From Peribolospora baueri (taxonomy: Eukaryota), in NCBI GenBank assembly GCA_029717555.1, contig JAMDHS010000035.1:124001-188000 (forward strand): a DNA stretch of 64,000 nt, in the 5' to 3' direction. Both the position numbers and the translations under genes were made by a program. The notes beneath the pieces were generated by a model that made no database searches, was not told the DNA's origin, and saw nothing but the letters and a program-made list of their open reading frames with translations. Below, piece after piece: positions 52,039-63,900 of this stretch. Positions within the stretch are counted from its first letter, which is position 1; every line of letters starts with the position of its first letter.

Positions 52039-52120
52039 ACCGCCCGCAGACGTCATGATTCACGCTGGCTGCGGCAAAGACCGCCCGCAGACGTCATCAT
52101 TCATGCTGGCTGTGGCAAAG
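52039..52120. repeat. 41-bp tandem duplication (2 copies, 3 mismatches)
   Basis: accgcccgcagacgtcatgattcacgctggctgcggcaaag and accgcccgcagacgtcatcattcatgctggctgtggcaaag. Confidence 0.9.
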
Positions 52121-52335
52121 AACCTCCGCCCCGCTGCGCTGGTCCGACCTTGGCAGCGTTAACGAGGTCGGCGTTGGAGGAGAAACGCCGAGGGCGAGTG
52201 GAGGAACAAAAAGGGACGGGACGGCCCATCGTCCCATCGTCACAGCACATCATCTCGTTGACCCTCCTCCCTCATACCTTCCCCTCTCGCTTGCTCCGAT
52301 ACCCAGAGATCAATACCGTCGTCAGCATATCCGAC

Positions 52336-53614
52336 ATGGTGCGTCCGTGCGCTGCAAGGCCAGCTCAGTCGAGCGCACGGCCGTGGGCGCTGACGCCAGT
52401 CCCTTCTACTATCTCTCCCTACCAAGTCCCACGCAGAGCACCACCACAACCACCAGGTCGAAAAGACGGGTGACATGCCCGGCTCTCAGATGTCCGAGCC
52501 CAAGCCGGCCGATGAGGAGTGCAAGGCCGTGTTCAACGACGAGGAGGTCAAGCATGGCGTCCTGCACAAGGTGAGCTGAGCAGGTCTGGCTGGGCACGAG
52601 CCAGCTGCGTTCGGGAATCGTTGGCGCACGTCATGGGTGGGAGGGTCGTTACGTCGATGGAGGGAGTCGACGAAGACGTGAGGTCCCGGATCGCTTATTT
52701 GTTGGCTCATTCTCTTCTGTACGGACCACAGCTTTGGGTGCTGCACAAGGACGACGAGGTGCGTGTTTTCTGTTGACGCTTTGTGTGTGATCAGTTCGGT
52801 GCCCCGCGAGGTCGTGCGGTGACTGGAACGAATCTGTGTCAACTACGCTCCTCTTATCAGAGGCACCACCTGCACGAAGTCAACAGTGAGTCCGACCTTC
52901 CGGACGAGTGTACTCTTTGTTCTTCGCTTGCTTCACACACGGCAGCTCAAACCTCGCACACGACGATTTGATTGCCTCGACCTCTCTCCGTCCCTCCCTC
53001 CCTGTCCCGTACAGAGCTGAAGCACCTCGAACACTACGCGCCCCTTATCTATGCGACGGAGGCTGAGCCGTTCGGGACGAATTACTTCGCCAAGATCCTG
53101 CTCGACGACGAGGGTCACTGGTGAGATGGACCTCCGATGCGCTCACCTTACATTCAGGGCCAGTCCTACCCCGTCTTCCTTCCACGGCGTGGCTGTCTGA
53201 CGCTCTCCGGGCCGTTCACGTTGTTTATTCTCTTTTGTCTCTCCAGCATCCACGTGCGGGCGTTCAAGTCCTCGGAGGGCGAGCTCAAGTTCCACGCCAT
53301 GTGAGTTTATTCTGCCTGTCATGCTGCTCGCTATCGTCTACCTTACTCGAGCATTGATCATCCCTTTCTCATGGACATGGTTGATTTCTCGTCTCCTCCC
53401 TTCTCTGTCATCATCATCGCAGCCACTGGCGCCCCGACGAGGAAGGCGGCGCCGTCTTCACCAAGGAGGACCCGGTAAGCGCACCATTACCGCTCATCTA
53501 GCATCCGGCGGACGTTGAGTGACGCAATCACCCTCCCGTCGTGCTCCGCCTTCTCTCGACCCGCGAACCGACGTCTCATCCCTTTCCTTGCAGCTCAAGT
53601 ACTTTGACTACTAA
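52336..53614 (+). CDS. Stefin/type-1 cystatin-like protein, His-rich, 143 aa; exons 52336-52338, 52427-52570, 52732-52758, 52861-52885, 53015-53120, 53247-53300, 53423-53474, 53594-53614
   Basis: Seven GT-AG introns splice in frame to MSHAEHHHNHQVEKTGDMPGSQMSEPKPADEECKAVFNDEEVKHGVLHKLWVLHKDDERHHLHEVNKLKHLEHYAPLIYATEAEPFGTNYFAKILLDDEGHCIHVRAFKSSEGELKFHAIHWRPDEEGGAVFTKEDPLKYFDY*. GTNYF.K, H.R.F and D.L.YF match stefins. Confidence 0.75.
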
Positions 53615-53968
53615 GCGATCAGCGGGTGACCCCCGTCTGAGGATCGGATGGAGATGAAATCAATGCAAGAAAGTCTACACGCCCCCCTGAGCCTGCTGCT
53701 ATTGTGCTCGCGAGGTGTCTCAAAGGTCGATAGAAATGCCCACTCGCTCTGGAGGGGGACAATGTTGCTCGAAGGAAGGTGGGACGCGGGCGCGTCGGAG
53801 AAAAATCGTGGATGGCACGCGTTCTCTACTGACCAATGAGTGGAGGGGACGAAACCTGCATAGCTTGCTACATGTCGAGGAACGAGTGACCTTGTCCCTC
53901 GCGCGAGGCTATAAGGTTTCAAGGTCCATGCTCGCAAAAGAGAGACGTGCTACACCTCGACCTTGAGA

Positions 53969-55862
53969 CTACAGATAGGTGACCCTCGTTCCCATCCGGA
54001 TCGTCTCGCCAACTTTGACCAAAGCCGCCCACCACAGTCGATAGATCCACCCAAGCAGCGGGCCTATCCGAGCGCCCTGTCGTTGCTTCCCCTCGCCGGC
54101 GCGCTTGTCCTTGCCCTGGGTCGCAAGGCCTCCCTGTTTCAGGCGGATGGAGTTGAGTACGTAGAGCAGCAGAACAGCCGTTCCCACCCATCGGACCAAG
54201 TCTGCAGCGTTCAGATTTCGGGATGCCAGAGCCCACCAAGCTCTGACGCGTGACGCTGGGTCATTCACTGAACGCTGGTGCAGATGCCTCGGCGGAAGGA
54301 GGACGTCCCCTACGCCGTCGTCCGGCCCTTCGAGCGGGCGCGTCGCGAGATACCGAGACACTGAGCCGCGCAGGGCAGAAAAGGCACCTTGCTTGCCAAT
54401 GATATCGTGGGTGCCACGGATATGCGATCCTCGTCGTTCATTCGACCCGCCGGACGGGGTCAGGAGAGAGGACTCGGACCTCTCTTCGCTCAATCTTCTG
54501 CGAGACCCTCCAGCGAAGGCTTGCTGATCACCATCATAGGCGCCGAGGTTAGAGCGCAGCGTCTCAGGAGACGCAGAGCTAGAACTCCTACCTCCCCCTC
54601 CCGTCGAACCTGCACGCCTTTCCGCTTTCGAAGACGAGTGGCGCCGGCCCACCCGCTCGCTGCCCGTGTCCCCGTTGGCCGTAGATACGCTCCCATTGTC
54701 GGAAGGAGGGCTCTTCCGCTGGACAAGACTGTCCAGACCACCCCGACGAGGCGTTTTGTCCTCTTGTCGCTGCGACTGCTGCTTGCGAAGTGCCTCTAAC
54801 CTTGCTCTCTCTGCGCTCGCTAGCTGGGCTTGGCGCACCGCACGAGAGGCTTGCGAGGCGCGGATCGTGGACAGCGATTCTAGCAAACACTGCAACAGCA
54901 AAGAGGATTCATGCGTATGTGAAAGCGGAAATAAGTAATCATTCTTCTGACGGAGGACGACCCCACCTAAAAATCTAACTCACCCTTTTCCTTTCCTCCG
55001 TAAGATCCGCCAAGCCGACGAACGTCTCGGCGTACTCCCAGTCGCCGAGTCTACTCAGAACCTGGATGACATAGAGTTCGGCCACCTTGTCATACATTCC
55101 GTCACTGGTCTGCCCCCTCCGTGCGAAAACCTCCACACTCGCGTCCTCGCTGCCGGCCGCCCCGAGCCACCATTCGCACAGCCCTCGTGCCGACTGGGCG
55201 ACGTCCAGCTTCAAGGCGGCGAAGACAATGGATGTGAGAACGGGGAGCGGAAGGTGAATGGCGAGAGGGAGAAGGTCCGAGTCGGGGCTCAAGGTGGTGG
55301 CGGATGAGACGTCGGTTCGGAAGGGGTCGGCCAATTGAGGTAGAGAAGGAGGCGGACGGCAGCGAGCAAAGCGCAAGACGGACGAGTAGGCAAGATAGGC
55401 CACCAGAGAAGAGGGGTGAGAGTTGCACAGGTGAGATAGCAAATGCCTTGCCGTATCTTCTTCTTCTTTCGTCACTCCTTGAGTGGTAGACTTGCTGCTG
55501 CCGCCGTCCTTGCATACCGAACGCATGGCGGAGCCGTCCGTCCCGGCGGTGGCCCAGAAAGTGACGCGGAGCACGTCCACCTTTTCCTTCATCTTCTCCA
55601 CCTTTTCAACGTCAATGTGATTGACGTCATGTTGTGATCCTTCTGAGCGACGCAGCTCTTCCTCTGCCCTACGAAGATACACGAGCGTCCAGACGTGGTC
55701 TCGATCGAGGAAAGCTCGGGCGGCTTGCGCGTACGATCTCCGCAACGCAGCCCATGATGACGGCAAAGAAGGCGATGATATGCCGTTCTCTGTCTGCTTG
55801 CCCTTGAGCATGAAGGCGGAAGGACAGGCGTCAGAAGAGGGAGGGGACGTTGGAGCGGGCAT
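53969..55862 (-). CDS. PEX26: Peroxin Pex26-like tail-anchored protein
   Basis: YAQAARAFLDRD, ARGLCEWWL, YDKVAELYVIQVLSRLGDWEYAETFV, a C-terminal TM segment, and the fungal Pex26-type end KVGETIRMGTRVTYL*. Confidence 0.75.
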
Positions 55863-56021
55863 CGAATGGAGTTGCTGGTTGAACGTGCAGGAACACGTTG
55901 AGATCCGCCGGCCGGCACCGGCCACACTTTACCCCGGATTGGTGTAACCCTAACTCGATGGGCAAGCGTCGATCGTTCCGCGATCGCTCGTCCTCGACGT
56001 CAACAACTCCAGCGACGAACC

Positions 56022-58077
56022 ATGGCCTTTCGCAAGCTCTTGGACAAGGCCGAAGCCAAGCTGAAGGCAGCGGGCTCGACGCCAGGAGGAGGCGGAGGGG
56101 GTCCGCCTCCCATCCCTCCCAAACCTGGCTCGTCTCAAAGAGTCTTCGACGCCGGCGAGCACCTCCGCCTGAAAGAACACTTCGTCGCTCGTTCCCCGAC
56201 AGATGGCGCTCTCACTCTGGGCGGCAAACTCTTCCGTTTCGCATCCTTTAACGCCCCCGAACTGCTCACCAATACTCCGTTTGAGCAGGAGGATACCTTT
56301 CGCTCTCTCAGCGCTATGGGCATTGGCGGGGCCGTCACGAGGACATACACGCTCAGGGTGAAGAGCTGGCGGGTGCCAACCGGAGCCCATATCGAGGGCT
56401 GGGACGCGGAGAAGGGAGAATGGATATGGAACGATCAGGCGATGAGGACGATGGACAGCTGCATAGCCTTGGCGGGACAATGTAAGCGGTGTCTGAAGTG
56501 CTTGACGTCAGTACAGCGTCGTCGGTCCGCATGCTGACTGGATGTCTGTCTTGGAATCCTTGCTCGATCTTGCAGATGGCGTGAGGCTCATCATCCCCAT
56601 CGTCAATCAGGATTACGGGAGTGAAGGTGTGTTTTAGCCTTATATTTTGGGGAAGTGTACAGTTTTCCGCTTGGTTCTGGTGGGGCGTTGGAACTGACTA
56701 GCCTTCCGAGGTCGAACGCATTCCTGGCACCAGAAACGAACTGGGTACGTGCGCGTCGTTGGAAGCTTGATCGCGGAGGCACCTGTCTCCCTTCAGATAG
56801 GTATTCACCCTTATGCTCTTGGTCGTGTTTTTTGCAGGTCGGAAACATAACTGATTTGACTAAAATGGTCAAACCTGGCACCGATTGGTGGACTGACGTT
56901 GGTATGCGCAACGCCTTCAAGGTCAGCTTCAACCCCTTTGAGTGTATAGCCGTTCCCAGTTTTCACACGATTCTCTTCGCGTTGTACGTGTTTATTTCAC
57001 CCTCAGATCCTCCTGCATACCCTTTTGACCCGCACCAACACCGTCAATGGCAAAGTCTACGGGCAGGACCCAACCATCCTAGCTTGGGAAACGGGCAATG
57101 AGCTGCAAGAGCGCGCCCTGCGGCCCGCGAGGGGAGAGTGGACTGCCGACGTGGCCAAATTCATTGCAGAAAGGAGCCAGAGTCTCGTCATGGACGGTGC
57201 GTGACGAATCCGGGGTCCAGGCGAGTCCCACACCTTAACAAGATGCTTACTGACGTTCATTGCAACGCAGGCTCCTATGCTCGCAATGACTCTGTCGAGA
57301 TGTGCTACGCCCCCGAGGCGCTTGCTTGCCCCGATGTCGCCTTGTTCAGCTATCACTACTATGGCGGCGGTGAGTGGCACCGTCTTCCCCATCCTCTAAG
57401 TTTTGATAGGCTGGACAATGTCCTCATCCCACATGATATATCGCGCAGGCGACTCCAAGCGGCTGTCGAAGGACATTGCTTACGTGTCCGGCGCTCATCG
57501 GAAAGCCTTTGTAGCGGGCGAGTTTGGTTTCTTCAAGACGGGCAAGGAGTTTTCCTCGTTCTTGTCCACAGCGCACAAGGAGGGCGCGACGGGCTCGCTC
57601 GTGTGGTCTCTGCGTCCGCACGACGAGCAGGGTGGCTTCAAGACACACAGCGAGGGCGACGGTATATGGAGCTACCACGTACCGGGCTGGAACGTGCAGG
57701 ACGCGGAGAAAAAAGGGTGGGACGTTCGCGAGAAGGACGTCGTCAAAGCCGTCCTCGAAGCGGCTCACGTCGCTGGAGGAGTGAAGAAGAGGGGCGTCTA
57801 CCCGTCTCCCCAGGGCAAGCCCATCCTATTCAAGCGTGGTGACGGCAGCGTTGCATGGAAGGGCTCGGCATGGGCGGAGAGCTACGAGGTGTGGGTGAGA
57901 TTGGAGGCGGAGGGTGCGCAAGGCGGCCAGGGTCGGTGTGTTTATGACAGAATGAAGGACACCGCTCCAGGAGGTACGTGGGGCCTGCCTCTGGGCGAAA
58001 GCGGGACGCTGGTGAGGGTGAGAGGGAGGGGCGTTGGCGGTGAGATGGGGGAGTGGTCCGACGAGCTGGTGCTGTGA
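56022..58077 (+). CDS. Glycoside hydrolase family 5, beta-mannanase-like, with no signal peptide; includes an 11-nt exon (56734-56744)
   Basis: FRFASFNAPEL, VTRTYTL, GVRLIIPIVNQDYGSE|ETNW|VGN, acid/base ILAWETGNEL, SYHYY, nucleophile FVAGEFG, LVWSLRPH, and an FN3-like end WKGSAWAESYEV. Confidence 0.85.
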
Positions 58078-58453
58078 GGAGGGTGAGCCTGGGAGATGGG
58101 AGTGGAAACGGGGTTTGACCCGGAAAGAAGAAAGGAAGGATGGCAACGAAAGGACAATCTCGGACATTTTTCTAGAACCATACACGCACAATCATGACCT
58201 CCATGGACACTCAGGCCCCGACATTCCTCGTCGACTGCATGTAATCTTCCTCTCCATTTCATATTGTGTCCTGATTACGAGACGATTCATATATGGACTT
58301 TCGTGATGACTTCTGTTCACCTCACTGGGATGATAGTGAGACGAAGCCGAGTTGGCTCATGCATTTCGCAGTTTCCTGCGACGACATAATATTCCAAGGT
58401 CATTCCGGATGTCCATCCTTTCGTATACCTTTGGCCCAGGAAGCCCGCCAGAC

Positions 58454-60316
58454 TCAGGCCGATGCGCTAACGTCCTTATAGACATCGAAGCGACCTGTGC
58501 GCACACAGACACGGTATGCGCAGGAGGGGCGGTGAGGGTGCCGCAAAGGCCTTCTGTCAGCTGTTATGTCAGACGTGCAAGTCAAGCGAATAGCCCGGCC
58601 ATGTCCTTACGTTGGGTAGTCACGGGGATACCCGTCCGCGCTGCCTGGAGGGGTTCGGTTGCTGAAGATGAGAGAAAAACAAAATGGATGGGAAATGGGT
58701 GAAAAGGAACGGTGGGTACGTCGTACGAGTGACAGGACTTGTTGCGGGGACAGACAAAAAATGGAATGCCAAGGGGGCTCACCGATATCGGCGTATACAA
58801 TGCTCTCCTTCTCGTCAGTTGTGGCGATGACCGTGCCCCTGAGTTATCACACAAGCAAAGAAAGAGACGACTCAGCAGGATCGTCCCGACTTGCTCCTGT
58901 CCTTCTTCTATCAGCGGGAAGATGACAGGCATCGAATGAGTACTGACTGAGGATCCACGACCATGGAATGTCCCCATGCGTGATAGGAGGCGTTCATGTC
59001 CCTAGCCGGGGAACACATCGCAACATAGACTGTGCAGGAATGGGCAATGGGACGCCGTCCAGGAGATGACAACTCATCAGGTCGACATCTTCTCGATAAA
59101 AGAGAGTGTCAGTAGAGCCGGGCTCCTTGTTCATTCGCTCACTCTGGTTGTCCACCGCACGCGCTCGCTGAAGGAGCTCCCAGTGCAAGGGGCCGGTAGT
59201 GAGGTTGAAGGCGGAGGGATAAAACATGGCGGCGCAACCTGGGATGTGCGGGGTCGAATCAAATAGACAAAACCTCAGAGGTCCGGATGCGTTGCGCAAG
59301 GGCAGTGGGCGCCGAGCGTACCTCTGCGGGCTGCGATTTGGGCCATCTCGGGGCTGCACAAGGGGAGTCGAGGCGACATATAAGAGATGAACCGTGATCT
59401 GGCAAATGACGTCGAGCCTCGAAGACCGATTTCCTTACAATCGAATGTCATAGCAGATGCCGATACCAATCTTGCCGTATTCTGGGCCACCGTAGACGAG
59501 GCATGTTAGGATAAAAAGGCATAGAGATGGAGGACAGGAAAGAAGCTCACTAGTGTCCACCTCGGTCAACGCGTTCCCACCGGTCAGCGTCTCGCTCTCT
59601 TTGAAAGTAATCTTGCCAGGGATGTCAATATTGAACAAGTGGAGCTTGCGATGAATAGCGAGAAGCTTGCCAGACTCGTCGAAAATGGGACATGTGTTAT
59701 ACAGCTTGTCGGTCGTGGGGTCGCGTTCTGGGATGGAGCCTTAGGGTGCAGAAGGGCCGGGATGAGAACAAGCAAGGGCATGAGCACGAGAGAAGACAGA
59801 GACGAGCGTCCAACAAGGCTCACCTCCGATCAGCACCACTCCGGCCTCCTTGGCCACCTTGCTGAGCATCTTGATGCTTTCGCTTGGGCAGTCTTCCACC
59901 CTCCACCTTTCCCTCCTCATGGCGAGGTCATCCTCGACAGGCACATCCGTCTTAGCTGCCACAGCCTCCTCTCTGTCCACACGGTCCGACGACGGGGTCG
60001 CAGGCATGGGCCAGGCAACCTGCTCAGCATACTGCGGGAAGTAGCTGACTCCGTAAGGGCTGTTGAAGCACTCCGGAAGGACCACCACGTCTGCCTTGCC
60101 TTCCTGCTTCGCCTTGAGGACGGACCGGCGGGCGTGGGCGAGGTTGAAGGCCTTGTCGGCGCCGGTCTGGCCTAATTGGACCAGGGCGAGTCGGAAAGGA
60201 GTAAGCCGGGGCATGGGGGCCGCGGGAGGTGCGCTATTGGTAGACATTGTTGCTCGACAGAGGCTGGTGAGGTTCGAGGGGGTTCGGAGGACGCCGGCGA
60301 GAGCGTTGCGAAGCAT
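58454..60316 (-). CDS. NIT3: Nitrilase-superfamily omega-amidase (yeast Nit3/human NIT2 type)
   Basis: Catalytic triad motifs [11 protein letters not shown] (E), [26 protein letters not shown] (K) and GICYDIRF|PE (C). Also [51 protein letters not shown]. Confidence 0.92.
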
Positions 60317-60996
60317 CAAGTGATGGTTGGATGAGTCGATCTCCGCTCGACCCGACCGCCCTCCCGGCCTTATCAATTATCCCCGCCGATCACTTTGCCT
60401 CTCTATCGGCGTCTGTCTCCGTCGGCCATAGAAAGACGTGTGGACGCGGGATGACATCTCAGGGAATGGGGATGGACGAAGGACGCCGGGTTCCATGTTC
60501 ACGCGAGGCAGGGAATGACAAGACAGAACCGGGACACGGGAATAAAGTACATACACCAAGACTGGATATGTTGAAGTGGACAGGGGCATCGGGGAATACG
60601 TAAGGAAGGGGTGTGGTACGTATGTTGAGGAATACGAGCAAGCAAAGCGAGGAGCGACAAAAAAAGGGAAATGTATGTTATCGGGGTGTGGCCCGACGAA
60701 GTCGTCCGATGGATAAATGCGGGAAAATCGAGATAATGTGAATTTGGCAAGGCAGAGAGGACAGATGCGAGGCAGCCAAAGCAGAATGAGGAAGCCGCAG
60801 GAGCCGAAAAGAGAAGCGGACTGAGGCGGAGGCTATGGGGGTTTAAAGCGTGAAAGCGAAGAGACCATTCAAAGGAGCGACGGAATAGGCTGTGTGTGGA
60901 TCCGCACCGATGTGCGGCATCTCTCCAGGATCTCTCCAGGAAGAGCGTGGGGTCGTGGCCGATGTAGGGAGCGACCCGCACCGTTGGTCGCTGACG

Positions 60997-63900
60997 TCAC
61001 ATGATGACGCAGTCCTTCTCCTTGTTGCCGAAGCTGAACCTGCGGTCCTTCCTCTTGCTGACCGTGTTCGGTGCCGAGACGGAGACGGCCTGCGCCGCCA
61101 CGGAGGAAGAAGATATACGGGGGCGGTTCCCGTTGGAGCCCCAGTCGAACGACATGCCGCGCTTGCCGGCTCCGGCCGCCTTGGGAGTGGAGGAAGGGGA
61201 AGGGTGGTCACCGATGGACGCGTTGCCCGAAGCGGTGCGAGGGAAGCCCTTGCCGTTGCCCTCGCCCTTCTTCTTCGGCGTCGACTCGAATTGGCTCAGC
61301 TGCGGCGCGCTCGATGCCAGATTCTTGCCTTTCGCTGCCGCCCTGTTGGACGTGCTGGAGACGCTGCCCGATTGGGAAGCCGTGCTGAGGCTGACCGTCG
61401 AGGGAGCGCGTCCGGCTCCGTTAGGAGACGAGATCGCCGCGATGGATGGAGGACTACACGATTGCCCGCGGTCGGGAGAGCGCGATCTCAGTCGATCGAG
61501 CGGGGTGAGCGACTTTCTGGAAGGACGCACGGGCGTGAGAGGCGGGGCATCGCTCTGCGTGGGCGAGGAGGGTGACGGGGCCATGACCTCTTCTTCGGTG
61601 CCAGTCGACAAAGGGAAAGCGAGGCTATCCTTGTCCTCGGACGCTCCTCGCATGTCGGTCACACTCAGCGGCACGGACGACGCGAGAGGAGGGGCCGGCG
61701 AAGCCTTGAGCTTGTCCTTCTTGTTCTTGCTGAAGCCGAATTTCGGGTGGAAGGAGAACGTGGACGGCGACATAAGCGGGGTCTGCAGGATTGGCAGAGA
61801 CGACGACTGGCTCTTGGGCGACGCCCTCGGCAGCTTGGGCGATGCGGGCACGCGCGACATCTCCCCAGACACTCGGTGCGGCGGAAACATGAGCAACTGA
61901 GCCCGTAGATTGCACGGTACGGGCGCATACGGAGCGCAGCGCTGTTTTCACGAAACGGGAAGGACGGACCGTCAATCGTGCAATCCGACGCGCACGAGCG
62001 GCGAGACGCGAGGTCAACAAAAGACGTGCGACTCACAGCGTGGCAGATCAGCCCGCACTCTTCACAGAGTACCGCGTGCCTCTTCACCGGCTGGCGACAG
62101 AGCTTGCACTCGACGGCTGCAGATCGAAAAAGGCCATGGTCAACAACACATCATCGGCCTCCGCCTTCCGGGTCGAGCGAGGGCCGAAGCTCACCTTTGC
62201 TGAACGTGCTCTTGACGAATGCGTGCGTCATCCTTTCCTCGCCGCTGGAAGACAAGTCGCCTTCTGCCGAGAGCGGTGAGGGCAGCTGCCCAGCCGAGAC
62301 GCCCTCGTAGCCAGCGTTCGTGTCGGCGGCGGCCTGCCTATCGAGGCTGAACGAAACCCTGGGAAGAACGTTGGACGGCCTCGAGTCACTCGCGGAGGCA
62401 GGCAGCAGCATAGGCGAGGGCTGGGCGGAGGAAGGCGAGTTGGGAGACGACACCGAGTCGCGAGTCGTATGCGCTGCGCCATTGCGAAGGGCGATGGTGG
62501 CGGCCGGCGACGAAGACGAACGCTCCATCTTGTGCTTGCTCTCGCTCGGGCCCGGGTCGGCAAAGACTTTAGGGTCGAGCTTGCGATTGAAATCAGCGCT
62601 GATGCGGCGGAGGAAAGGCACGCTGTCCTGCGCCCGAAGCTCCTTGTGGCCGCCCCAAACGGTACAGAGCCAGTGGTGCTCGAAGAGCATCTCGGCGCTC
62701 GGGCGGTACGCAGGGTCCTTGTTAAAGCATTGCTTGAGGAAGTCGACCAGCTCGGGCGAGCACTTGTCCGGGATGGGAGGGCAGTCGTCCTCGACGATGC
62801 GGTACATGGCCGACATGGCCTGGATGTCGCCGTACGGAGGCTTGCCCGTCATGAGCTCGATGATGGTGCAGGCGAGCGACCAGATGTCAGCTGCCGTCGA
62901 GGCACCCTTCAACTCGATCACTTCTGGCGCCATCCAGTTTGGCGTGCCCACGGCGTCATTCTTGATCTTCTCCATCGCCTTGAGGTTGAGCGAGACGCCA
63001 AAGTCGGAGAGCTTGACGTTGCCGTTCTTTGTGGTAAGAATGTTGGCCGCCTTCAGGTCGCAGTGAACGACCTTCTGCGAGTGCAGGTAGTGCAGGCCCT
63101 CGAGGATCTTGACGACGTAGCTCGACACGAGCTTTTCAGGGAAGTGTCCGAAAGCTTTGAGGGTGTGCAGGAGAGAGCCATTTTCGACGTACCTGAGAAG
63201 CGAGTGAGATACAGAGCGCGTGTGAGTGAGTGAGAGGATGGGAGGAAGCGGCGGCCCGCACGGCATTTCCGCTCCGTCGTCCACGCCGCCGCGACACTCA
63301 CTCCAAGATGATGCTGACGACGTCCGGGCCTCTTACGAGACCCTCGTACTTGACCACGCTCGGGTGAGCCAAGCTCTTGAGGAGGTCGACCTCGTTCATG
63401 AGCTGCGTCACTTCCTCCTCGCTCTTTCCCTCCAGCTTGATCCTCTTGACGGCCACCATCTGGCCGGACTGCAAGTTGAGCGCACGGTACACGCTGCCAA
63501 ACTGGCCCCGTCCGATGCAGTTGCCGAGTTGGAACGTCGTGCTTGGCTTGCCCTCCTCGGTGACGACCAGCTTGTGCTTGGAAATGGGAGAGCGCGAGAG
63601 CCGCGATCCCACCGCGGATGCGCCCTCATCGTGTGTGGTGCTGCCGAGGGTGTTGGTGTAGATCGAGCCGATCTCGGTGTCGTACCGCGATCGGAAGCCG
63701 AGGGCCGAACGTTCGTCACCAGACGTCTCGGAGCGGTAGCCGCCAAAGCCGGTCATCCCGAAGGACCGGCGGGCGGCAGAGAGATGGAGATCGGAGGAGT
63801 AGCGCATGTGCCGGTAGGCCGACCTCGGCCCGGCGGCGGCGCCATGGAGCGGAGGAGGCGCCGCAGACACGGACGAGGACGTGGGAGACACGGACGAAGG

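Noticed and set aside
52039..52120. CRISPR-like repeat
   Set aside because: Only two adjacent copies, no spacer, no cas genes, and a eukaryotic context.
30655..60316. Possible metabolic cluster (dehydratase, ODC carrier, GH5, omega-amidase)
   Set aside because: The genes are dispersed among unrelated housekeeping genes and share no single pathway.
60892..63233. Long plus-strand ORFs antisense to the kinase (similar cases over BOR1, VSB1 and MscS)
   Set aside because: Shadow ORFs caused by high GC3 codon bias on the coding strand.
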